NCBI GenBank assembly: GCA_002269645.1
Contig: NIVC01001570.1
Span: forward strand, 40,546-104,545
Origin: Macrostomum lignano
Taxonomy: Eukaryota
Length of the DNA stretch: 64,000 bases
Reading direction: 5' to 3'
In this document: one piece after another, positions 53,296 through 64,000 of the stretch
How positions within the stretch are numbered: position 1 is the first letter of the stretch
How the letters are laid out: each line of letters starts with the position of its first letter
Notes under the pieces: model-generated
What the model was told of the DNA's origin: nothing
The model's input: the letters and a program-made list of their open reading frames with translations, nothing else
The model's database searches: none
Made by a program: the position numbers and the translations under genes

Positions 53296-56200
53296 TCAGC
53301 TGTCATCGGTTCCGGGCTTCTCGCGCACTGTAGCCGCACGACTCTGCGAACAGCAGGCGGCAACGGAGACCTCTGGATCGAGGATCTCCTCCTCGGAGCT
53401 GTCCGAAGAGTACGCGTCAAGGCTGCCACCGCTGGCAGTGGCCGTCGGCGAAGTCGGGTGGCAAGGAATCTGCAGCGAGTGCACCAGCGCTGGGAACTGC
53501 GTCAGACCTGCGAAGGAAGAGATAGATAGATAGATGGATAGATAGATAGATAGAGAGACAGATAGATGGATAGATAGATAGATGGATAGATAGATAGATA
53601 GATGGATAGATAGATAGATAGAGAGACAGATAGATGGATAGATAGATAGATGGATAGATGGATAGATAGATGGATAGATGGATAGATAGATAGATAGATA
53701 GATAGATTGATAGATAGAGATAGATAGATAGACAGATAGATAGATAGATAGATAGATAGATTGATAGATAGAGATTGATAGATAGACAGATAGATAGATA
53801 GACAGATGGATAGATGGATAGATAGATGGATAGATGGATAGATAGATAGATAGATTGATAGATAGAGATAGATAGATAGACAGACAGATAGATAGATAGA
53901 CAGATAGATTGATAGATAGATAGATAGACAGACAGACAGATAGATAGACAGATAGATTGATAGATAGAGAGATAGATATATAGATAGATAGATAGATAGA
54001 TAGAGAGACAGATCACTGGCAAGGGCGGCACAGAGAGAAGCGGGGGTCGCAGGGATGGCAGAAGAATAGATATCAGGCCCAGAGAAGCGGCGGAAGGCCG
54101 GCCTTTACCGCCGGCCATCCCTTATCGACTCCGAAAAACCAAATAATCTGATCTCGCCCTGTGCGCTATCGATTCCGTAGCCCAAATCCCCTCGCCCCAG
54201 CTCGTGAAGGAGTCCACCGCCCCACTGTCCCCCATCTATTTTAGACGGACCAAGGCCGCCCGCCGACCTGTGGGGGGGGGGTTAGGCCAGTCTAAAAATA
54301 GCATTCAGAACCGGGCCGGTTCCTACACTGCAACCCCACTCCACTCACTCACTCCCTTGCCTAGCCCTCAACCAAGAGTTGTTTTGCTGACCCACTCCAA
54401 CTAGCTAGCTAAATATAAGTGCGAATCTGCGCTGTACAGGAGGGATTATTCTGCCTCCTCCCCCAGCTGGGCCAGCTTCACCCAAACCCCCCCCGTTTCC
54501 CGCGCTCCCACTCCAATTGCAGCACTATTCTCCTGTTCTATTCTGGTCTAACACAACGGCAGTTGCTGCCTTGCCCTTCCTAAAACTATTAAAAGTACAT
54601 TCAGACGACCTGAGTTTAACGCGAGAACAATATTATCTAGTCCGAACTAAAGAGGCAGATAAAAGTACAGTTGGTACCTCTTTTTCCCCGATAACTCTTT
54701 TCTGGCTTCCATTCTCACCCTTTATGTTCCCCTAGTATCTCATCCTTTATCTTCCCTAGTATGTCACCCTTTATCTTCCCTAGTATCTCATCCTTTATCT
54801 TCGCTAGTATCTCATCCTTTATCTTCCCTAGTATGTCACCCTTTATCTTCCCTAGTATCTCATCCTTTATCTTCGCTAGTATCTCATCCTTTATCTTCCC
54901 TAGTATCTCACCCTTTATCTTCCCTAGTATCTCATCCTTTATCTTCGCTAGTATCTCATCCTTTATCTTCCCTAGTATCTCATCCTTTATCTTCCCTAGT
55001 ATCTCACCCTTTATCTTCCCTAGTATCTCAGCCTTTATCTTCCCTAGTATCTCACCCTTTATCTTCCCTAGTATCTCAGCCTTTATCTTCCCTAGTATCT
55101 CAGCCTTTATCTTCCCTAGTATCTCACCCTTTATCTTCCCTAGTATCTCACCATTTATCTTCCCGAGTATCTCACCCTTTATCTTCCATAATATTTCACC
55201 CTTTATGCTCGCCTATTATCTCATCCTTTATCTTCCCTAGTATCTCACCCTTTATCTTCCCTAGTATCTCACCCTTTATCTTCCCTAGTATCTCACCCTT
55301 TATCTTCCATAATATTTCACCCTTTATGTTCGCCTATTATCTCATCCTTTATCTTCCCTAGTATCTCACCCTTTATCTTCCCTAGTATCTCACCCTTTAT
55401 CTTCCCTAGTATCTCATCCTTTATCTTCCCTAGTATCACATCCCTCCCTCATTTGTTCCGCTCCAAAAATCAACAAAAAAACGCTATCGAAACAAGACGG
55501 ATAATTAGGCTCTACAGGAGCTAACACAGGGTTTGACGTGAGCTCATTCCCTAAATATAAAATTGTGTCGACGTTTAGGTTAAAAATAGGCTCGAGTGTA
55601 GGGCCAGAGTGCGGGAATTAAAGGGCCTTCACTATAAAAGGAGAGGTGGGAGAGAAGGATGAAGAGAACACAGCAGGGTGTGGGCGGATTACTCAGTGGA
55701 ACTTACTCCGTTCCTTAGCTTTCCTCTCCCACTCTCACTCTCTGCCAATACAAGCCGCCCCCCCCCGCAAAAAATACCGCCGGCAAGCTAGAAAAACCGG
55801 AAGGTCATAAAAAGGAAGTCCTACTAGGAGAGATGAATGCGTAAATTACTGCATAGGCAAAAATTTCAATAGCAATCAAGCTATAGGGGAGATTAATAAT
55901 AAAAATAGCAAGATTGACGAAATCTCTTTGACATGGCAGGATTGAAAAAGATTAAATTGCGAACGGGAAGGACACGGGACAGAGGGATTAAGGTGAGTAG
56001 TCGTAGAAGCCAAAGCTTTGAAGCTGAGCGAAGGCATAATAATTAATAAGCTAGTTTGGCATCTCACCAACTCACCTGCCTCTGGCTCACAAAGGGGAAT
56101 AGAGGGCAGACACAGGGGAATAGAGGGCAGACACAGGGGAATAGAAGGCAGACACGTAGCAGAATAGACACACACGGAGAGCGGGAAGAGACACACATGG

Positions 56201-59200
56201 GAAGCGGAAAGAGACACACACGGGAGCGGGAAGAGACACACACGGAGAGCGGGAAGAGACACACGGGAGCGGAAAGAGACACATGGAGAGCGGGAAGAGA
56301 CACACGGGAGCGGGAAGAGACACACACGGAGAGCGGGAAGAGACACACACGGGAGCGGGAAGAGACACACGGGAGTGGGAAGAGACACACGGAGAGCGGG
56401 AAGAGACACACGGGAGCGGGAAGAGACACACACGGAGAGCGGGAAGAGACACACACGGAAGCGGGAAGAGACACATGGAGAGCGGGAAGACACATGGGAG
56501 CGGGAAGAGACACACGGAGAGCGGGAAGACACATGGGAGCGGGAAGAGACACACGGAGAGCGGGAAGAGACACACACGGGAGCGGGAAGAGACACACGGA
56601 GAGCGGGAAGAGACACACACGGGAGCGGGAAGAGACACACACGGAGAGCGGGAAGAGACACACGGGAGCGGGAAGAGACACACGGGAGCGGGAAGAGACA
56701 CATGGAGAGCGGGAAGAGACACACGGGAGCGGGAAGAGACACACACGGAGAGCGGGAAGAGAAACACGGGAGCGGGAAGAGACACATGGAGAGCGTAAAG
56801 AGACACACACGGGAGCGGGAAGAGACACATGGAGAGCGGGAAGAGACACATGGAGAGCGGGAAGACACATGGGAGCGGGAAGAGACACACGGAGAGCGGG
56901 AAGAGACACACGGAGAGCGGGAAGAGACACACACGGGAGCGGGAAGAGACACATGGAGAGCGGGAAGAGACACACGGGAGCGGGAAGAGACACACACGGA
57001 GAGCGGGAAGAGACACACGGAGAGCGGGAAGAGACACACGGGAGCGGGAAGAGACACACACGGAGAGCGGGAAGAGACACACGGGAGCGGGAAGAGACAC
57101 ACGCGGAGAGCGGAAAGAGACACACGGGAGCGGGAAGAGACACACGGGAGCGGGAAGAGACACATGGAGAGCGGGAAGAGACACACACGGGAGCGGGAAG
57201 AGACACATGGAGAGCGGGAAGACACATGGGAGCGGGAAGAGACACACGGAGAGCGGGAAGACACATGGGAGCGGGAAGAGACACACGGAGAGCGGGAAGA
57301 GACACACACGGGAGCGGGAAGAGACACACACGGAGAGCGGGAAGAGACACACGGGAGCGGGAAGAGACACACGGAGAGCGGGAAGAGACACACGGAGAGC
57401 GGGAAGAGACACACGGGAGCGGGAAGAGACACACACGGAGAGCGGGAAGAGACACACGGGAGCGGGAAGAGACACATGGAGAGCGGGAAGACACATGGGA
57501 GCGGGAAGAGACACACGGAGAGCGGGAAGAGACACACACGGGAGCGGGAAGAGACACATGGAGAGCGGGAAGAGACACACGGGAGCGGGAAGAGACACAC
57601 ACGGAGAGCGGGAAGAGACACACACGGGAGCGGGAAGAGACACACGGGAGTGGGAAGAGACACACGGAGAGCGGGAAGAGACACACGGGAGTGGGAAGAG
57701 ACACACGGGTGCGGGAAGAGATACACGGGGGAGCGGAAGGAATCTCAAATGGCTCACCTGTGTGCCGCACCACCTTGGCGGCATTCTCTTTGCACAGCAC
57801 AAACAGAAGCTGTCCAGCCTGTCTAGCCAGACCGCTGCTGCTACCGCAGCTGCCGCTAGCGCTGGCGCCTCCGACGCCTTCGAGTCCGCCGCCGCTGATC
57901 AGGCGACACAGGTCGGACAGCAGCGAGTTGGCTTCGGTCTCCGTTACCGACTCATCTTCGGTGTCGATGTCTCCGCCGCCAGCGGCAGCAGCAGCCGAAG
58001 TAGTTGACGAAGACGACGCCGCCGGCAGATGCGGATGCTTCGGCAGGATCAGCGAGCGCAGGAAGCAGCGCACAGATCGTTGCGAAATCGACGCCTCAGT
58101 CAATACAGCGAGGCAGGCGCCGACGCTGCTGGCGCTGGAGGCTGCTGACGGCGTGAGTTCAGTCGGCGGCAGCTCGTGAGTCACTTCGCGCAGACAATGA
58201 CGCAAAAATTCTACAAGAGAATTGACGGCGGACAAATTTTTATCCTCAAATCGGCAGGCTACGTCGACTGTGCCTTCTAGCGGGGTGGTGAGCTCTTCGA
58301 ATGCGATTAGCGGCACAGTGAGCAGCACTTCTAGGCAGGATTCGAGCAGCGGACGTCGGTCTAAGCTAGGCGGCATTAGCAGCAGATCGTGCACCAGAGA
58401 CACCAGCCGCAGGTAGTGAGCCTCCTCATCCGGTGTCAGGTTGTCCCTATCGTTGCTAGCGGCCAGGCTGGCGAGCACCCGAAGCACCAGGCACACCAAG
58501 GCTTGCTCCTGCTGAGCCAGGGGCCTCGGCGGCCGGCAGTCACTGATGATCAGGTCAATCACTTCCATTAGGTAGACAAAACCGTCCAGGTTGCGGTATA
58601 CCTGTCCGGGAACGATTTGTTAAATGGAATTGACTGTATGACTTTTATACTAAATCTGTTAGCTATGGAGTCTATAGAAAGTGAATTCTAGATTCAATTC
58701 AATATGCTAAATATAATTTTTTTCTGATTAGATATCTCTAAACACCGTAGAATATAGATCTCTTATAGACTAAAGATCTTTAGAACCACAGACTATAGAT
58801 CTCTACAACCATAGACTATAGATCTCTACAACCATAGACTATAGATCTCTAGAACCATAGACTACAGATCTCTACAACCATAGACTATAGATCTTTAGAA
58901 CCACAGACTATAGATCTCTAGAACCACAGACTATAGATCTCTAGAACCACAGACTATAGATCTCTAGAACCATAGACTATAGATCTCTAGAACCATAGAC
59001 TATAGATCTCTAGAACTACAGACTATAGATCTCTAGAACCATAGACTATAGATCTCTGGAACTACAGACTATAGATCTCTAGAACCATAGACTATAGATC
59101 TCTAGAACTACAGACTATATATCTCTAGAACCATAGACTATAGATCTCTAGAACTACAGACTATAGATCTCTAGAACCATAGACTATAGATCTCTAGAAC

Positions 59201-62200
59201 TACAGACTATAGATCTCTAGAACCATAGACTATAGATCTCTAGAACTACAGACTATAGATCTCTAGAACCATAGACTATAGATCTCTAGAACTACAGACT
59301 ATAGATCTCTAGAATCATAGACTATAGATCTCTAGAACTACAGACTATAGATCTCTAGAACCATAGACTTTAGATCTCTAGAACTACAGACTATAGATCT
59401 CTAGAACCATAGACTATAGATCTCTAGAACTACAGACTATAGATCTCTAGAACCATAGACTTCACACAGCACACGTAGCTTCACACAGACAGCAAGATTA
59501 TACTCTAGTTAAGAAATTTTGCCTCAGCAAAAAAAGATTACAGGGTTACTTCTAAGACTATTCTCAGTTCTTCAAGACTAAAGCCCCTCACATACGCTTT
59601 TATACCTGCATTGCTTAGCAGGGAATTATGACATACTCGAGAACTAGTATTTGCAGTGAGCTCTGTAATCAAGTCTTATCACGAGTTGATCGAAGCTAAC
59701 AGAGTAAGTAGTGATTTTGGTTGAATAAGATTTCCGCCAGTACGAGCTATATTAATACCATGAGCATAATTTAGGTACGACTTGTGGATACGTATTTTTG
59801 TTGCTAACACAAGCGTGCCTTGGCGGTGCGACAAAAGTATGGTGTGACAGAGTATATTGTGACTGGGTATGGCTTGAGTGACTGATTATATTGTGACTGA
59901 GTATATGGCTTGAGTGACTGATTATATTGTGACTGAGTATACGGCTTGAGTGACTGATTATATTGTGACTGAGTATATGGCTTGTGTGACTGATTATATT
60001 GTGACTGAGTATATGGCTTGAGTGACTGATTATATTGTGACTGAGTATGCGGCTTGAGTGACTGATTATATTGTGACTGAGTATATGGCTTGAGTGACTG
60101 ATTATATTGTGACTGAGTATATGGCTTGAGTGACTGATTATATTGTGACTGAGTATGCGGCTTGAGTGACTGATTATATTGTGACTGAGTATATGGCTTG
60201 AGTGACTGATTATATTGTGACTGAGTATATGGCTTGTGTGACTGATTATATTGTGACTGAGTATACGGCTTGAGTGACTGATTATATTGTGATTGAGTAT
60301 ATGGCTTGAGTGACTGATTATATTGTGACTGAGTATATGGCTTGAGTGACTGATTATATTGTGACTGAGTATATGGCTTGTGTGACTGATTATATTGTGA
60401 CTGAGTATACGGCTTGTGTGACTGAGTGTGGCTGTGTCAGAACTAGAAGTGCTTGTTGCTAATTATAATTACCCGTAGAAAGCGTATTCTAGCCTAACGT
60501 TTTTTGGCAATTATAAAGAGGACACACTAATGCTTATAATCTAGTTTGCACTTATAGAGTAACTTTTAGTTTTTAATCCCTTTCTCTTAAAGCTAACGTT
60601 TAGGATTTAAAATATATAATTCTATAGATTATTTTATATTAACTAAAGCTCAAAAACATAAACTCAGAGATTTACTAAGACGGCAGTTTATAAACATAAA
60701 GAGTCTTTAAAAGTACATTTTTTAAATGAAAACCGTTAGGAAGGCTTTTCAGCTTTTCGTTAGGAAGGCTGAAGTTTTTCAGTCTTCCTAAAGTTCCACT
60801 TCAGAGCACTTTTTAAGTAGTCGAATCTTCAATTTAACAAGCACTAGACAGCGTAAAAAACAAGGACTAAAGATCATGAAAAAGTACTTTTTCTTAAGGG
60901 TCTGAACCAAGGATTGTAGAGGCATACATTATACGAGCTACGACCTGCATTGCTGGTCTAGGGACGAAAATTTTTTGCATATAGTATAGGTCATCCTTAG
61001 TCTGAACTTCCATGACTGACTGACTGACTGACTGACTGACTGACTGACTGACTGACTGACTGACTAACTAACTAACTAACTAACTAACTGACTAACTGAC
61101 TAACTGACTAACTAACTGACTAACTAACTGACTAACTGACTAACTAACTAACTGACTAACTGACTAACTAACTGACTAACTAACTGACTAACTGACTAAC
61201 TAACTGACTGACTGACTGACTAACTGACTAACTGACTAACTAACTGACTGACTGACTGACTGATTAACTAACTAACTGACTAACTGACTAACTAACTAAC
61301 TAACTAACTCACTCACTCACTAACTAACTAACTAACTAACTCACTCACTCACTAACTAACTAATTGACTGACTAACTAACTAACTAACTCACTAACTAAA
61401 TATAGATACTCTTGAATGGTGTCAACTTGTCGACATGACAACTTTAAAAAAGATGGCAGAATTTCGTGTGCCTTTGAGCTGCTCCGTTCTGGTGCAGAGA
61501 TAAAAAACTGTCACCGTGATCTCTGTCCTTAGTCGCATGCCCGCTCATACAACGGATGGAAAAAAGTTTTTGGTTTATAAACTTTGAAAGCTGTAGTTTT
61601 TTAGTTTAGACGATACTAAGACGAATAGATGTAAAGTAGCGATTTGAGAATGCAGCATCGGGTTGAATCTTAAAAATGCCAGATATGAAATGGAGCGTGA
61701 CTTTCAGCAAATCTGAGGGCCTGGGAATCTGTTTCTTTTTCTAAGACATTTTTTTCGACGCTAAAACTTTAGTAGAACATGGAAGGCCGCCAGCAACTGA
61801 GGATTTGGGAGGCTGGCCCAGCAACTGAGGATCTGGAAGGCTGGCCAGCAACTGACACTTTGGGAGGCTGGCCCATCAACTGATCTGGGAGGCTGGCCCA
61901 GCAACTGACACTTTGGGAGGCTGGCCCATCAACTGATCTGGGAGCTGGCCCAGCAACACAGCAACTGAGGATCTGGGAGGCTGGCCCAGCAACTGACACT
62001 CTGGGAGGCTGGCCCAGCAACACAGCAACTGAGGATCTGGGAGGCTGGCCCAGCAACTGAGGATCTGGAAGGCTGGCCCAGCAACTGACACTCTGGGAGG
62101 CTGGCCCAGCAACACAGCAACTGAGGATCTGGGAGGCTGGCCCAGCAACTGACACTCTGGAGGCTGGCCCAGCAACACAGCAACTGAGGATCTGGGAGGC

Positions 62201-63768
62201 TGGCCCAGCAACTGAGGATCTGGAAGGCTGGCCCAGCAACTGACACTCTGGGAGGCTGGCCCAGCAACACAGCAACTGAGGATCTGGAGGCTGGCCCAGC
62301 AACTGACACTCTGGAGGCTGCCCAGCAACTGACACTCTGGGAGGCTGGCCCAGCAACTGACACTCTGGAGCTGCCCAGCAACTGACACTCTGGGAGGCTG
62401 GCCCAGCAACTGACACACTGGAGGCTGGCTCACCATAGGCGCCAGAGAAGGCATGGCACGCAGCACCCGGTCGAGAACGTCAATATCGGCCAGCTTCACC
62501 TCCCAGCCGATGCAGGGATCACGAAAGGTGGCACGCGGTCGATGAGGCCCTGAAGAATTCCTCGGCGCAGAAGCGTCAGCGGCGGACAGCGGCGTCTGCA
62601 AGGCAAAAGCGTATGGTTTCTTGCTGGGTCAAGCATAGGAGAATCACACAGAGACTGCTGCTGGGTCAAGCATAGAACAATCACACAGAGACTGCTGCTG
62701 GGTCAAGCATAGGAGAATCACACAGAGACTGCTGGCTGGGTCAAGCATAGGAGAATCACACAGAGACTGCTGGCTGGGTCAAGCATAGGAGAATCACACA
62801 GAGACTGCTGCTGGGTCAAGCATAGGAGAATCACACAGAGACTGCTGCTGGGTCAAGCATAGGAGAATCACACAGAGACTGCTGCTGGGTCAAGCATAGG
62901 AGAATCACACAGAGACTGCTGCTGGGTCAAGCATAGGAGAACCACACAGAGACTGCTGCTGGGTCAAGCATAGGAGAATCACACAGAGACTGCTGCTGGG
63001 TCAAGCATAGGAGAATCACACAGAGACTGCTGCTGGTCAAGCATAGGAGAACCACACAGAGACTGCTGCTGGTCAAGCATAGGAGAATCACACAGAGACT
63101 GCTGCTGGGTCAAGCATAGGAGAACCACACAGAGACTGCTGCTGGGTCAAGCATAGGAGAATCACACAGAGACTGCTGGGTCAAGCATAGGAGAACCGCA
63201 CAGACTGCTGGGTCAAGCATAGGAGAACCGCACAGACTGCTGAGTCAAGCATAGGAGTAACTCTCAAGTGAAACTCACATGCGTCAGCAGAGTCAGGATG
63301 CAGGTCAGACTAGACTGAGCATCTTCTGCCGTCCCAGCATCCGGCTGATGCCGATGCCGACTTTCCTCGGCGCAGCGGCTGCACTGGTGAGTCCGGCTGA
63401 CAACAACAGCTGCTGGCTAGGCCGGCAGTCACACTGCGGCTAGCCAGGCAGTCGCCGGGTACAGCTTGAAGAAGCTGGAGAAGAGCGGTACGTATTCGCT
63501 AAGCTGTTGGTGCTGCTTCAACTGACATTCCAACCAGGCTAGTAGGCTCTGAGTAGTGCCGGAGTCTAGTACGGTGTCTGCTGATTGGCGCTGTTGCATG
63601 TGCAGCTGGAGCAGCAACGCTGATGCTGCTGATGCTGATGATGCTGTTGCTTACGCTGCTCGGCGATCAGTGCCAACCGCAGACGGTGCATTAGATCTAG
63701 GCGTGCATCGTCTAGCCTGACTTTCGGTCGCACTCGTCCAGCAAATGCTGCGCCAATTGCTGGGCCAT
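53296..63768 (-). CDS. RIC8: Ric-8/synembryn-like G-alpha GEF/chaperone. Exons: 63768-63279 and 62595-62434 (both with apparent frameshifts), 58601-57758, 53507-53296
   Basis: [90 protein letters not shown]; by-eye co-linear with Ric-8A. Confidence 0.82.
53518..54010. repeat. (GATA)n/(GACA) microsatellite abutting the last RIC8 acceptor
   Basis: Direct. Confidence 0.95.
54730..55440. repeat. 24-bp minisatellite (CCTTTATCTTCCCTAGTATCTCAC)
   Basis: Tandem copies. Confidence 0.95.
56160..57730. repeat. ~20-22-bp minisatellite (GGGAGCGGGAAGAGACACAC)
   Basis: Tandem copies; stop-free in several frames, which creates the spurious 500-800-aa ORFs. Confidence 0.97.
58775..59460. repeat. 23-bp minisatellite (TAGAACCATAGACTATAGATCTC)
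   Basis: Tandem copies. Confidence 0.95.
59850..60425. repeat. 36-bp minisatellite (GTGACTGATTATATTGTGACTGAGTATATGGCTTGA)
   Basis: Tandem copies. Confidence 0.95.
61014..61400. repeat. (CTGA)n/(CTAA)n/(CTCA)n compound microsatellite
   Basis: Direct. Confidence 0.95.
61785..62425. repeat. ~28-bp minisatellite (GGAGGCTGGCCCAGCAACTGA-core)
   Basis: Tandem copies starting at a RIC8 donor. Confidence 0.93.
62620..63255. repeat. 37-bp minisatellite (GCTGGGTCAAGCATAGGAGAATCACACAGAGACTGCT)
   Basis: Tandem copies filling RIC8 intron 1. Confidence 0.95.
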
Positions 63769-64000
63769 ATAAAAATTTTTTGTGTAATAAATTGATGTAT
63801 ATATGAATTAGTATCAGTTATTGTTAGCTTTTGATAGGGGATCCGGTCGAGATGGATAGAAGGTTGCTAACTGGAAATAGATAGACCGCAGAATGCTATA
63901 TTTTCTCGACATTGACAATTCACCACCCGGGATTGGGAGAGGGCACTCTCAGCAACAGCCTCTGCCTTCTCTGCTTCTGCTGTCTCTCTCTGCATCTCCC

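Noticed and set aside
54010-55880. Unique sequence with TATAAAAG (55632) in a RIC8 intron - possible solo LTR or DIRS fragment
   Set aside because: No terminal TG...CA pair, TSD or convincing recombinase motif could be defined by eye.
56056-57826. 500-830-aa ORFs in several frames
   Set aside because: Artefacts of a stop-free minisatellite; only 57758-58601 is a real (RIC8) exon.

Overview
Eukaryotic (metazoan) genomic DNA: GC/Ala-rich spliced exons separated by minisatellite-filled introns, with interstitial TTAGGG. The style resembles a free-living flatworm such as Macrostomum; this is inference, not an identification. Right part (20-64 kb): a same-strand (minus) run of housekeeping genes, RIC8 -> ENGASE -> RNASEH2B -> mitochondrial-type ValRS (VARS2). 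The apparent 11-kb second intron of VARS2 hosts a DENND2-like gene (same strand), a micro-exon WSC-domain gene (opposite strand), a SINE and a Tc1/IS630 deletion derivative. Left part (1-18.1 kb) is the most unusual feature: one young Ty3/Gypsy-type LTR element on the minus strand. It has a 2.2-kb 5' LTR (15868-18081), an 18-nt tRNA-Leu PBS, intact gag, a GGGAAAC -1 frameshift into a protease frame that then simply stops (no RT/RNaseH/integrase found), a PPT, and a ~99% identical but partial 3' LTR (215-930). Where pol would be, it carries a 449-aa NLS-bearing ORF with its own CCAAT/TATA internal promoter, a candidate antisense spliced gene for a membrane-anchored protein, and an array of degenerate PBS-like motifs. 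Two non-autonomous Helitrons sit head-to-tail in it at an A|T site. All alignments and counts were done by eye; none were computed.
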